From IMG/VR virus record IMGVR_UViG_3300028666_000003: DNA of 64,000 bases; one strand, given 5' to 3'. The translations under genes and the position numbers were made by a program. The notes under the pieces are model-generated. The model did no database searches and was not told where the DNA came from. It saw nothing but the letters and a program-made list of their open reading frames with translations. Origin of the DNA: an uncultured virus (IMG/VR IMGVR_UViG_3300028666_000003). Taxonomy: Duplodnaviria; Heunggongvirae; Uroviricota; Caudoviricetes. Below, in pieces: positions 28,881 to 38,804 of this stretch (positions within the stretch are counted from its first letter, which is position 1; every line of letters starts with the position of its first letter).

Positions 28881-31226
28881 CTAGTTGGAACCATTAGCTT
28901 GGGAGTTGCGTTGGTGCTTGGTCACGGTAGTGGCAATCTCTCGGCCATCCAGATGAGTATGTGAGGTCACCATAATCATCTCAGGTCCGTGCCCTGCGAA
29001 TTTATTCAAGCTAGCTGTGACTGATTCCAAACTGTCTTTAATGATGTTAGTCTTCGCTGCAGGAGATGCAATTGAAAGACTCTCAGCCTGACGCACAGTT
29101 AGGGTGGAAGTGGGCACAGGACGCTTGTCTGGATCCAGGGGGAGATCCGCAGCGGTCATGTTCTTGAACATTGGGATATTCTGGATCTTGTCTATGAGTT
29201 TGCCAATCCAATTGAATGCCCAATTTAGATTGTCCTTGATCCAAGTAAAGAGGCCACCCAAGACAGTCCCTATGGCTCTGCCAAGAGCAGCAAAGAAGTT
29301 CATCAAGGGCTCCCAGTATTTCATGACCAGGGTTCCTGCCTGAGCCAACCACCCAGCATTGATAGTTGCGCGTCCAAGATGCTCAGAGAACCAATTGCCC
29401 ATAGAAGAGAGGGTGTGGTATTTTCGCATATGCTCAATCAACTTGGCAACCCCATAAGCAGCTAGCATAGCACCCATAGCTACCAGGATAATTGGGTTAA
29501 CCATCAACGCTGCATTCCACAAGCGGGTGGCAAGAGTGGCTCCCTTGGTAACTAGCGTGAAGGCAGCAATGCGGATAGCAGTGGCATTGGTGAGAAGCAT
29601 GTAGGCTCCCATCAACGCCTTGCCACCTGCCAAACTGATGTTGTAGAGCCACACTGCGAGTCGGGCGGCATAGAAGATCCCTACAACAGCACCCATGACC
29701 TTGCCCAGATCCTTCCAGGTATTAGGTGATGCAGCATTTCCAGCATCCGTAAATAATCCCACAAGTTTGCCCAACCCATAGATCAGGTTCCATACGGGAG
29801 TCAGGAGCCAGAAGATGATTCCACCCAAGTAACCCACACCTTTGGCCACAAGCATGAGACCTGACCACAGTCCAGCACAGACCTGATACACTCGGTAGAA
29901 GGCCATGAAGATGGAGATGGTCACATCCAGGAGTCCAGCCTTTTGCAGACTGTTAGCCATGCCCATGGACATCCTGCCTACCCCATCTTGAAGACTGGCA
30001 ATCAGGGTATAGACACCAAGGAACACAGCCTTAGCGGTGTTCCACCAGCGGGTGATGGTATCCGCCACACCCAGGAAATTAGTGGTCCAGGTCATGTAGA
30101 GGGCTGCTGCAGCAGCTGCAACTAGGGCAATGACTGGGAGAACTCCTGAGAGGGACAAAGCCACAGAAGAGAAGATAGGTTCCAACTTGGTCCAGGCTAC
30201 AAACACCAGGAGAGACGCACCCAATAGGAAGAGCAAAGAACCTGCAACAGCCATGAGCACAACCCCGATTTTGACAATGTTGGGATGCTGTTTGCTAATG
30301 TCAATGAGCCAGGTCATAAGGGTTCGCAGAGGAGTGAGAATCCAGAGGATGCCCTTCAGGACCAATCCCAGGCCCTGACCCACGGCAGTGGCAAATCCTT
30401 TCAGGTTCTGAGGATCAAAGATTTTGATGAAGTCCTGGAATAGTTCCTTCATGGCGGGTTTGAACTCATCCCCGATTGCAGCACCCAACATGATCATCCG
30501 GTCTGTCATGTTGGTGAGCATACCAGGAATGGTAGTCATCAGGGTCTGCATGGCGTTGGGAAACTTACCCGCCACGACCTTGTTGAAGGCTTCGATGAAC
30601 TTCTCAGGATCAGCACCAGGGGCAGACTTGAAGGTGCCACGCTTGTCCTGGATCACAGGAGCACCTGCAGCCATGAGTTCCCGCCAACCGATACCACGAG
30701 CCTGAGCAAACCTCATAGCCTGACCGAAGGCTCCGGTATGAACCTTGCCCAGAGTCTGAGCCATGACTTCAATGCGCTCATTGAACATGGAGGCCCAGTC
30801 ACCAGCCACCTTTAATTCCTTCCCCACGTTCTGGGCTGAGATTCCATATGCCAGGAGCATTTTGGAAGCCCCCATGACTTGGGGAAGGGTAAAGGGCATG
30901 TTGACTGCTGCGGTCTTCATCTGTTCAAATACAGCATTTCCTACTTGGATGGATTTGGTGAGGGTCTGGAACTGGAGCCGGAACACTTCCAGGTCAGCGG
31001 CCTTCTGGAGAGATACCTTGCCCAACATGACGAGGGAGCCAATTAAGGCTCCACCCGCCACCATGGCTGCAACACTGACTCCAAAGGTCTTCCAGGCTGC
31101 AGTGGTCTTCAGAGCATCCCCTTGCATCTGTTTGGTTAACCGGGCAGAGGATGCCCCGATGTTGCCAGCTTGACGAGAGAACAAGTCACGAAGGACAATT
31201 GAAACTCCCATTCCCAACATGTCCAT
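28881..31226 (-). CDS. Tape measure protein
   Basis: L.D.FS N-terminus, PFTL..V..A..LL tape-measure motif, hydrophobic Ala/Gly-rich repeats. Confidence 0.88.
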   Translation of the reverse strand: MDMLGMGVSIVLRDLFSRQAGNIGASSARLTKQMQGDALKTTAAWKTFGVSVAAMVAGGALIGSLVMLGKVSLQKAADLEVFRLQFQTLTKSIQVGNAVFEQMKTAAVNMPFTLPQVMGASKMLLAYGISAQNVGKELKVAGDWASMFNERIEVMAQTLGKVHTGAFGQAMRFAQARGIGWRELMAAGAPVIQDKRGTFKSAPGADPEKFIEAFNKVVAGKFPNAMQTLMTTIPGMLTNMTDRMIMLGAAIGDEFKPAMKELFQDFIKIFDPQNLKGFATAVGQGLGLVLKGILWILTPLRTLMTWLIDISKQHPNIVKIGVVLMAVAGSLLFLLGASLLVFVAWTKLEPIFSSVALSLSGVLPVIALVAAAAAALYMTWTTNFLGVADTITRWWNTAKAVFLGVYTLIASLQDGVGRMSMGMANSLQKAGLLDVTISIFMAFYRVYQVCAGLWSGLMLVAKGVGYLGGIIFWLLTPVWNLIYGLGKLVGLFTDAGNAASPNTWKDLGKVMGAVVGIFYAARLAVWLYNISLAGGKALMGAYMLLTNATAIRIAAFTLVTKGATLATRLWNAALMVNPIILVAMGAMLAAYGVAKLIEHMRKYHTLSSMGNWFSEHLGRATINAGWLAQAGTLVMKYWEPLMNFFAALGRAIGTVLGGLFTWIKDNLNWAFNWIGKLIDKIQNIPMFKNMTAADLPLDPDKRPVPTSTLTVRQAESLSIASPAAKTNIIKDSLESVTASLNKFAGHGPEMIMVTSHTHLDGREIATTVTKHQRNSQANGSN

Positions 31227-31230
31227 CAGT

Positions 31231-31401
31231 TCACCCCTCAGCTATTTTGGCTTCATGTGCAAGTTGTTTATCGTGAATATGTAACAGGGCCTTCCTTTCC
31301 GAGATACTTAAACTCAGATAATCAGCGAACCCCAGCTGTGCTCCCCCTTTGGCGAGGTAATACCAGTTGGCTAGGAGATCACGCTGGGGATCATAAAATC
31401 C
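31231..31401 (-). CDS. Tail assembly chaperone C-terminal extension reached by -1 frameshift
   Basis: Start-less -1 frame ORF YDPQRDLLANWYYLAKGG..LSISERKALL..EG*, slippery G-GAT-TTT at 31395-31401. Confidence 0.65.
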   Translation of the reverse strand, partial: GFYDPQRDLLANWYYLAKGGAQLGFADYLSLSISERKALLHIHDKQLAHEAKIAEG

Positions 31402-32135
31402 GGCTGCTCCAGGAGGTCAAAGGAAACCTCGGTGGCGCAGTTGGCGCAGTTGATCTTCACCGACGTGTCCTGGAAACCCTCGTGCTCCCGCACGGTCTTG
31501 CGCAGTTCTGCCAGGAGTTTGTCCCCAACCTTGTTCAGAAGTATGGGGGTGTAGACACCGTTGTTCAGGAACTGTGGATTGCGCAGTTCCAGATCCGTGA
31601 GCAGGTCCATGGAGTTGCGCTTCTTCAGGGCCTTCATCTCTGCAACCCCATCCATGAGGCTAAAACGGATATGGAGCCCAGGTCGCACAGTGGAATCGTA
31701 CTCCACCATGCGCTCATTCCCCATGGGATAGGGAGTGATGGGGAATGAGTCCACATCTGACAGGTTGACCTCCCACTCGCTTTCCACGGCACATTGGGGA
31801 CACTTGGTCTTGAAATTGAAGTCATCGCCCATGGATTCCCTCCGAATATTGAAGAGCAGGGCCTGACGATCCCCGGACAGGAGACTGGTGACCAGATCCA
31901 TCTTGGCCTTGTAGTCAGAAGGCAGATCTGCTTCATCCAAGGAATCCACGCATGCAGCCAGAAGTTCGTTGATGGCGGTGCCATTCATGACCTTGACTTT
32001 GTCCGTAAAGTTCCGCTGTTCTTTGCCAGTCATTTCCTTGACAGTAGCAACTCGGCCACTGGGAAGGGTGATGGTTTTGACGTCACTCAGGCCATACAGG
32101 AGTGCCATCATGTCCACTGGCGCATTCTCGGTCAT
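31371..32135 (-). CDS. Tail assembly chaperone (T4 gp26-like, two CxxC)
   Basis: LPSG, EMTG.E, LLSGDR..L..IR, CPQC, CANC; between tube and tape measure genes. Confidence 0.8.
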   Translation of the reverse strand: MTENAPVDMMALLYGLSDVKTITLPSGRVATVKEMTGKEQRNFTDKVKVMNGTAINELLAACVDSLDEADLPSDYKAKMDLVTSLLSGDRQALLFNIRRESMGDDFNFKTKCPQCAVESEWEVNLSDVDSFPITPYPMGNERMVEYDSTVRPGLHIRFSLMDGVAEMKALKKRNSMDLLTDLELRNPQFLNNGVYTPILLNKVGDKLLAELRKTVREHEGFQDTSVKINCANCATEVSFDLLEQPDFMIPSVIS

Positions 32136-32149
32136 ACAACCTCCAAAGG

Positions 32150-32182
32150 AAAAGGGCAGACATTTCTGCCTGCCCTTGTTTT
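32150..32182 (-). terminator. Hairpin after tail tube gene
   Basis: AAGGGCAG...CTGCCCTT inverted repeat with T runs. Confidence 0.55.
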
Positions 32183-32212
32183 ACAGAAACCACTGCGCGC
32201 AATGAATCAGAC

Positions 32213-32722
32213 TTAGAGGTTGAGGGCACCTCCGATGCTGATGCTCAGGCCCTTGCCCTTGCCAGGGATGATCACATCGCAGGACAGCTTGATCTTGTCG
32301 ATGGCATTGCCTTCACCGATCTTGTCCAGCTCAGAGGGATCGATTTCCACAGGGAAGCAGCCATCGATTTCCCAACTGTCCACGATGGTGACACCGTCAC
32401 TGGAATACTCATTGATGGTGATGTTCTTCTTGTAGATGTCCGGGGTGCCCATCGACCCATCGTTCAGGTTGATGACCAGGGCCAACCAGTCCTTCCACCA
32501 TACGGCAGACGATTCCGCAGGTTTCAGGCAATCCAGTTCGACATGTCCGAACTCGACCTTGGAGGCAGTGGAGATGATGAAGGGGCCTTCACCGTGCTTG
32601 GCCACCTTGACTTCCGTCTTGGGGATCTTGCACTTCTGCACGTAGGCTGTTTCCAGTCCATCGCACTCAATGGCGAAGCGAAACAGTTTGCGGGGGTTGA
32701 TGGGGATTCCAATTGCTCCCAT
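32213..32722 (-). CDS. Tail tube protein (T4 gp19-like)
   Basis: FRFAIECDG, W..W, YKKNI.I, W...GCFP, ELD. Confidence 0.9.
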   Translation of the reverse strand: MGAIGIPINPRKLFRFAIECDGLETAYVQKCKIPKTEVKVAKHGEGPFIISTASKVEFGHVELDCLKPAESSAVWWKDWLALVINLNDGSMGTPDIYKKNITINEYSSDGVTIVDSWEIDGCFPVEIDPSELDKIGEGNAIDKIKLSCDVIIPGKGKGLSISIGGALNL

Positions 32723-32770
32723 GTGGTTCTCCTTTCAGTTCAAGCGGTTGAGGGAAGGTTGATGACGGTC

Positions 32771-34360
32771 TTAGGTGGCACTCGGCATCGAGCCGCCCTG
32801 GGCAGAGACAGCCGTGTTGAACATGGACAGGAGGCTGTTCACTTCGCTGGTGAGGTCGATTTCGTTGATGAAGCCGACAGGGACCATGCTGATCTTGACC
32901 TTGTATTTGCCGACAGCCAGATCAGTGGGATCGTTGTAGCGAGCATCGGTGACGACAGAAGCATCTTGGTCACCGTAGTAGACCCAACCAGGATAGATGG
33001 CGCTGGCCTTCTCCAGCATGGACAGGATCGGCTTGACCTTGTTGTAGGCAGCACGCCAGGTCTTGGGCAGCATGGGATCGAACAGCTTGCTGGTGTAAAT
33101 CGGCTGGAGGTTCTCATGCAGGTCGATCAACATGCGGCGCACGTGGATGGCGTCCAGGGCGGAAACGGTGCCGGCAGGTCCCTTGGCCGACATGCCCTTG
33201 TTGAAAGTGGAAGCCCCCCAGATCACAGGGCCGAAGGAGGGGTGGCTGCCGATCACGTTGCAGCCGCTACCCACGAGAGCATCAGCCACAGTCTTGCGAG
33301 CAGGGCTGAGCAGGTTGAGGGCAAAGGTCTTCACGTTGGGGAGCAGACCACGCTGGGAACCAGCAGGAGCCATGAAACGGGCACCCACAGTATCGTTGTA
33401 GCTGTAGGCACCGATGACGTCCATCAGAACACCACCCGCTACGTCAACACCCAGGTCACTGTTGTAGGCAGTGAGAGCGGTGCCGAAGTAGACGGCGAAG
33501 TAGGTGGAATTGACGGTGGCCAGGTCCCCATCCAGGAGGGTCTGGGCCTCATCAGGAGTGGAGTTGGGATCGATTTCATACAGGCCGATGAAATCCTCAC
33601 GACTCTCAGCGTAGGTGATCAGGTTCTGGGCGTGAGCGACGGTGTAGACACCCAGGGCGCAGAGCGTGTCCATGTTGAGGACGTCATGGAAGTTGGTGAA
33701 GAGGGCGTTCACGGCGACAGTCTTGGGGTCCGGGGTGGAGGTGCCCCAGGTGCCATCCGAGCCGGTGGTGCCCATCAATTCCGTGGCAGTGGTGGTGGCG
33801 GGGGCAATCACAGTGCCGGTGACGGTGACGGTGATCAGCTTGGACCACAGGTTGATCAAGTTGAAGAGGTCTTCGATGGTCCCACCAGCGGGGGTGACGA
33901 ACACCTCTTCCAGATCCGTGTTGGGGGCATACCGGGTCTTCAGCGCCCAGAGACCGCCATTGGCTGCGCCGCTCACGAAGTCCAGTCCCAGGACGCCGTT
34001 GGCCCAGGAACCCACGGTCTTAGCAGCGATGGTGAAGTTGCTGCTGGCCTTCAGCCAGTTGGTATCCCCCACAGTGATAGCCGCAGCTGCGGCATCCGAA
34101 GCGACCAGACGCTGGACGAACAAGGAGGCACCCCGCTGGAAGGCCCTCTTGATCTGGGGATAGAACGGGGAGCGGATGGCGTCAGCGCCACCGAAGGTGT
34201 TCTGGAAGTCCTGGAGCGTGGTGATCTTGTAGGGCTTGTCGGTGGGCCCGAACAGGGTGGGGGTGATGACGCCATGCGCTCCATTCAGGAGGACAGGGAG
34301 CACCCCGGAGTTGTCGATTTCCTGATACCCGACAAAGGGCAGTTTCGCAGATGTTGCCAT
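32771..34360 (-). CDS. Tail sheath protein
   Basis: P.V.Y.EID, FGP..P, F..TFG, APAG..RG, IWG, IHVRR. Confidence 0.92.
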   Translation of the reverse strand: MATSAKLPFVGYQEIDNSGVLPVLLNGAHGVITPTLFGPTDKPYKITTLQDFQNTFGGADAIRSPFYPQIKRAFQRGASLFVQRLVASDAAAAAITVGDTNWLKASSNFTIAAKTVGSWANGVLGLDFVSGAANGGLWALKTRYAPNTDLEEVFVTPAGGTIEDLFNLINLWSKLITVTVTGTVIAPATTTATELMGTTGSDGTWGTSTPDPKTVAVNALFTNFHDVLNMDTLCALGVYTVAHAQNLITYAESREDFIGLYEIDPNSTPDEAQTLLDGDLATVNSTYFAVYFGTALTAYNSDLGVDVAGGVLMDVIGAYSYNDTVGARFMAPAGSQRGLLPNVKTFALNLLSPARKTVADALVGSGCNVIGSHPSFGPVIWGASTFNKGMSAKGPAGTVSALDAIHVRRMLIDLHENLQPIYTSKLFDPMLPKTWRAAYNKVKPILSMLEKASAIYPGWVYYGDQDASVVTDARYNDPTDLAVGKYKVKISMVPVGFINEIDLTSEVNSLLSMFNTAVSAQGGSMPSAT

Positions 34361-34449
34361 GAATACCTCCGATGGTGTGTGGTGGCGTGTTGCTCACCTG
34401 TTATTAGGGAATGTTACAAGGGCACTCTGAAGCATCAAAGCTCAGGTCA

Positions 34450-35133
34450 TCAAGAGGGTAGTGAAGCCGTGACAGAACTCTCAGCCTCAACAACCGCACT
34501 CAACACGGCAGTTGCCTGGCCCATAATGAAGAGAGATTCCAGTTCATCAGGTGCATCCGTGCTAATGAGATCCACGTCAGCCTGAATCTGGGTGATGGCT
34601 GGGTAACTCACAGCGTCTTCATGGATGTAGTCAGGAACTTCAACCCGAATGAGAGTGACCCGCCAGAACTTAAAGTCTTGGACCACATCCCTATTGATGT
34701 ATCCAGCAAATTCAGTGTCCAGGCGCTGAGTGGTCCATACTCCAAGGTTGCTGTCATACAGTAGCAATCCTTGTCGGGGGCGCAGGGACCTACGAATCAG
34801 CAGGTCAATCTGGCGGGCAGCTGGCAGGTTATCTGCCAAGGTAACAAATTGATACAGCAAGTTGTAAAACTGTGGCCAGGGTTCAAGCGAGTGAACCATG
34901 TCTTGCCCGTTGTCCCCTCTCAGAGAGGTGTGGATATTTGCTTGGCAACCCCCACCATTTTGAAAATTGGGGGTGTCTGAATTCTTCATGATGGAGAGTG
35001 CGCCAGAATTTACTGGGAAGTCCTTCTTGGTCACGAGGTTGTTGTATACCAGGAAGTTAGTGCCCATCTTTTCTTGCTCTCGGGCCACATTCATCCAGAT
35101 GCTGCGTTCTACGTCTTCATACATGTTGGTCAT
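34450..35133 (-). CDS. Putative tail terminator/neck protein
   Basis: Position upstream of the sheath; P..YNL.YQ. Confidence 0.55.
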   Translation of the reverse strand: MTNMYEDVERSIWMNVAREQEKMGTNFLVYNNLVTKKDFPVNSGALSIMKNSDTPNFQNGGGCQANIHTSLRGDNGQDMVHSLEPWPQFYNLLYQFVTLADNLPAARQIDLLIRRSLRPRQGLLLYDSNLGVWTTQRLDTEFAGYINRDVVQDFKFWRVTLIRVEVPDYIHEDAVSYPAITQIQADVDLISTDAPDELESLFIMGQATAVLSAVVEAESSVTASLPS

Positions 35134-35654
35134 GGTGTCCCCTTAGTAGCTCGTGCCTCAATTTCCAGAAACGCCTTCTTGATGGAGATACCAATCTTGG
35201 TCTGAGCACTGCGCCGGCTCTCTTCGAGCACTGGGTGCCACAAGGGACGGGCAGGAATGTGCTTGGGATCATACCCGTATTCCAGTGCAAATGCAATCTG
35301 GTATGCAGGCGTGATGTGCCCTGTGTTAGGGTCAATCCACATAGCAGACCGCATCAAGCCCACTTCCAGTTTGAACTCTGCCTCAGTATACTGCCAGGTG
35401 ATGTTCTGTAGGTAGGAACTGGTCATAATGTAGATCTGCTCAGAATACCCGTGCTTCTTTTTCTCTGCCAGCCAAGAGTCGCTGAGAGCCACCCAGTTCA
35501 AGTCCTGGTTCTGAATATGCATCCGAGCACATCGCTCAACCTGCAGACCGATCTGTCTCATGGTCTTATGCAGGTTGAGTCGAATGAGTTCTTCAAGTTG
35601 GGACAACAGTGGCAAGTTGTTGTTGGTAATCACCATCTCCAGATCATCTGTCAT
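35130..35654 (-). CDS. Tail completion/neck protein
   Basis: W.ALS..W..K, ALEYG..IPARPLW.P. Confidence 0.75.
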   Translation of the reverse strand: MTDDLEMVITNNNLPLLSQLEELIRLNLHKTMRQIGLQVERCARMHIQNQDLNWVALSDSWLAEKKKHGYSEQIYIMTSSYLQNITWQYTEAEFKLEVGLMRSAMWIDPNTGHITPAYQIAFALEYGYDPKHIPARPLWHPVLEESRRSAQTKIGISIKKAFLEIEARATKGTP

Positions 35655-35663
35655 AGCCTCTCC

Positions 35664-37358
35664 CTATATGGCAGGACCAACAGTGCCTGGGCAGTAAACA
35701 ATGGAAAAGGAATAACCATTTGCGTCTATAGAAGAGATGGAGAACACCCCACTAGTATGCTCTGCCTCAGACGGCATGTAGGCAGGATCAGCCTGAGTTA
35801 GCTCAAGAACGAAACTATCTGGCACCGCTACAGTGTTTCCAGCAGCAAGGTTGGAGCTACCATTAAGAGTTCCTACATAACCACCCTGTAGACTGGTCTG
35901 AATGGATACCTCTGCAGTGTGTCCGTTGAAATGGTTAACGGTGAGATTCCAGTCAACAGGAGTGACCAGAGTGCCATCAGGATTTTCAGAAAGCATAGGA
36001 GCATCTGAAGTTGTGATGGTGTAGTAGGGTTCATTGGAGGGGGCAATACAAAGGACCGGGCTGACACCTACAGTACCAGGTATGGTGCCATAGGCAGTGT
36101 TAGCATTTGCTCCTATGAACCCATTCATGCCAGCCAAAAGGAACTCAAATTGGAACTGCCCCAACCACAAAGCATAGGAACTGGTTAGTGAGATAATGAA
36201 ATCGTCTGGCACTGGTAAGTTGCTTATGTTGTTTATGTCTTGAGACACACCATCTACTAGGACTGTGACTGCCTGAGGAGCACTTGTCAATTGATTACCA
36301 AGGCACTGCAATAAATCCAAAGCCATGGGTAGCGTGCAACCGTCATATCGAATAATGTGCACATGGAATTCACTGGGGGCGTCCTGAGCACCTGCAGTAA
36401 AAGATGGAGCACAGGTTGGCATGGTAAGAGCACCAACTGCAGGGAGGTTGTCAAGACTATAAGGATTGCCATCCCCATCCCGATCTGCATCACCCCACAC
36501 CACAAAGTCGTATCCGCCGCCCACTACAAAAGCATCAGCAACGGTCATACGAACATAGACAGTCTGATCACCCACGTCTTCTTTCACTACAACCACTGCG
36601 GTGTAACTTCCCACTGCTGTGGGAGTGCCACTCAGAACACCAGTTGTGGGGTCTATGGACAACCCTGGGGGAAGTCCCGTGGCCGAGAAGGAAATGGAAT
36701 TACCCACTCCAGTTGGAACTACTGGAGATATGGGGGTGCTCTGGTTGAAAGAGGTGGGGCATGGATACAGAATGGTTGTGGGGGTAACCACAGCCTCAAC
36801 CTCACTTCCAGGTCCCTTGCCAATGTTTGCGGAACCCACAAAGCACATGAAGTTGGGTTTCATGAATTGGATAAGCGTCACAATCTGGGTCTTCACCTCA
36901 TCCGGCAGCGTGTCCCCAGGAACACTGATTTTAAAGAAGGGGCTGTTACGGGAAGACAGGATAGATTGTGACTGAAGTTCCGATCGACCAGTCTGTCCCA
37001 ACTGCCAACAGAACGAGTAGTCCATCTCAATGGTGGCTTCCAAACCCAGAATAAAGCGGATGACATTGACCAGACCTGTGGTGTCACCGCGCCTCTTGTA
37101 GATGTAGGCCAGGTTATCCGCAATTTTCCTGAGTTGTGTATCGTTGAAGCACTGGAAGGGGTTCCCACGGTGGGTGGCCAGATCCTGAATGAGTGGCGTG
37201 GTCTTGGGGTCCAAAAGGTTACTGGGCATAGCCTCCACAGTGGTTAGGAGGTCTGCCCAGATCTGGTTGAAACCCCACACAAAACTTTGAAAACTTCCAT
37301 CTGCCTCATCCACTTCCCTGGAAATATTCGGCAAGAAATCAAATAGGTCAAATGACAT
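35664..37358 (-). CDS. Baseplate wedge gpI-like domain with Ig-like (He_PIG) domain
   Basis: YKRRG.T.GL, FMKP; ATGLPPGLSIDPTTGVLSGTPT. Confidence 0.75.
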   Translation of the reverse strand: MSFDLFDFLPNISREVDEADGSFQSFVWGFNQIWADLLTTVEAMPSNLLDPKTTPLIQDLATHRGNPFQCFNDTQLRKIADNLAYIYKRRGDTTGLVNVIRFILGLEATIEMDYSFCWQLGQTGRSELQSQSILSSRNSPFFKISVPGDTLPDEVKTQIVTLIQFMKPNFMCFVGSANIGKGPGSEVEAVVTPTTILYPCPTSFNQSTPISPVVPTGVGNSISFSATGLPPGLSIDPTTGVLSGTPTAVGSYTAVVVVKEDVGDQTVYVRMTVADAFVVGGGYDFVVWGDADRDGDGNPYSLDNLPAVGALTMPTCAPSFTAGAQDAPSEFHVHIIRYDGCTLPMALDLLQCLGNQLTSAPQAVTVLVDGVSQDINNISNLPVPDDFIISLTSSYALWLGQFQFEFLLAGMNGFIGANANTAYGTIPGTVGVSPVLCIAPSNEPYYTITTSDAPMLSENPDGTLVTPVDWNLTVNHFNGHTAEVSIQTSLQGGYVGTLNGSSNLAAGNTVAVPDSFVLELTQADPAYMPSEAEHTSGVFSISSIDANGYSFSIVYCPGTVGPAI

Positions 37359-37369
37359 TGTGGCTCCCT

Positions 37370-37819
37370 CTAACCTAGGATAGCAGTATCCTTGGAAATT
37401 TCCATCTCATAGAAGACGTATCCAAGGTCTGAGAACAGAGCGGATTCAGCCCAGAACTTGATGATGTATTCCACGCCATCCAAAAGAACCTTGTCAGTCT
37501 CCGGGTCTACCACGACCACAGCATCCACATCGTCTTTCCAGATGTAGAATCTCCAGCCATCCCGCTGCTGTTCACCTGTGGGGTCTTCATCCACGGTGTG
37601 GTATTTTTCTCCCTTGGCTCTGGTGAACTCAGTCAGCCCCACAAAGTCAAAATTACTTGTGCTGTCGTGCACAGCACTTTCCCCGTAGGGTCCCAAGGCT
37701 GTGGATCGATGCACCAGGGTGAATGGGCGCTTGAAGAAAGTGTCCCGCAAGTCCATGAGGGCACTTTTGATGGCAGCGAGGTCGTCAGGAGACAGTAGGC
37801 TAGCCACGGGCGGCCTCAT
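37370..37819 (-). CDS. Putative head closure protein
   Basis: Position; D.V.LDG.EY.I; start may be GTG 37807. Confidence 0.6.
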   Translation of the reverse strand: MRPPVASLLSPDDLAAIKSALMDLRDTFFKRPFTLVHRSTALGPYGESAVHDSTSNFDFVGLTEFTRAKGEKYHTVDEDPTGEQQRDGWRFYIWKDDVDAVVVVDPETDKVLLDGVEYIIKFWAESALFSDLGYVFYEMEISKDTAILG

Positions 37820-38300
37820 CCACGAAGACTACTCCACGGCTCATGACGTACTCCATCCCAAGAGGAATGATGGGCTCCGCATCGATGGTCTTGCGGATGC
37901 CAGGGACGGGAGGCAGAAGGCCAAAGACGATTCCTTCCATCTCCTCCAGTTGCTTGAGTTCCAGAGCCCACACGTCTGACATGAGTTTGAAGAGTCTTCC
38001 ACGCTCCTCAAACTTGGATTCAGCAGGTCCAGCTTTTGCCTCAACCACCTTGGGCTTCAGGATCTGCATGACCATGGGAAGAATGTTGATGACAGCCCGC
38101 AGAGCACACAGGGCTTTCCTGCGTTCCGTCAGGACATCATCGCTGATGTCAGGAAGCAGCGACAGTTGATGTGGGAAGAAACGATCCCAGTAAAGAGCCA
38201 TGGCCCCATTCACTGCCAGGTCCACGTTGAATCCTGGGATAATCGTGGTGATGTCAGGGATTCGTGCCAGGAAGTATTCTTGAACAGTGAACGAGGCCAT
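37800..38300 (-). CDS. Putative head-tail adaptor
   Basis: Start behind AAGGAG; position after the capsid genes. Confidence 0.6.
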   Translation of the reverse strand: MASFTVQEYFLARIPDITTIIPGFNVDLAVNGAMALYWDRFFPHQLSLLPDISDDVLTERRKALCALRAVINILPMVMQILKPKVVEAKAGPAESKFEERGRLFKLMSDVWALELKQLEEMEGIVFGLLPPVPGIRKTIDAEPIIPLGMEYVMSRGVVFVDEAARG

Positions 38301-38310
38301 GTGATGCTCC

Positions 38311-38718
38311 TTACTTGGCGGTCTTGGAGGAAGAGGTCTGAGCAGCCTTCGCAGTCTTGATAGCTGCCAGATCCTCCTCAAGATCACCGGAAGCCTTGGT
38401 CAGCAGATCTTCCAGGCTCTGAGCTGCCGTTCCAGGCTCGCCCGTCCCGATAGCTGCCGAGGGTTCCGTTGACGCATTCTGCGTGGCATTGCTCACCGGC
38501 GCGGGGCTTCCCTCCGGGGCCTTTCCGGTCGTTTCAGCGGCGGGGGCGGAAACCTTCACCAAGCCACCAGCACGCAGCCACTCGCCAGTGTGCGGGGTGA
38601 TCACGGTGACTTCTTTGACCAGTTTCCCATTGAGCAGCAGTTTGCTGAGCGGGTCATAGAACGACATGCCAGGATCAGCCAGCCTGACAAAGAAGGGAGG
38701 GGTGAAGAGGTTGGACAT
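38311..38718 (-). CDS. Virion-associated hypothetical protein
   Basis: RBS AAGGAG; SFYDP domain with Ala/Thr-rich tail. Confidence 0.6.
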   Translation of the reverse strand: MSNLFTPPFFVRLADPGMSFYDPLSKLLLNGKLVKEVTVITPHTGEWLRAGGLVKVSAPAAETTGKAPEGSPAPVSNATQNASTEPSAAIGTGEPGTAAQSLEDLLTKASGDLEEDLAAIKTAKAAQTSSSKTAK

Positions 38719-38739
38719 GAAAACTCCTTTTGAAGTGAA

Positions 38740-38772
38740 AGAAAATGGGCCCACAGTATGAGTGTGGGCCCA
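38740..38772 (-). terminator. Intrinsic terminator after major capsid gene
   Basis: TGGGCCCAC...GTGGGCCCA followed by TTTTCTTT on the minus strand. Confidence 0.7.
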
Positions 38773-38804
38773 GGATTTAGCCTGCAAAGGCCCATCGACT
38801 GGCT

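Noticed and set aside
32102..34585. 827-aa plus-strand ORF (likewise 7376..8557, 21193..22377 and others)
   Set aside because: Antisense shadows of strongly codon-biased minus-strand genes (sheath/tube, histone-like, fibre); no motifs or RBS.
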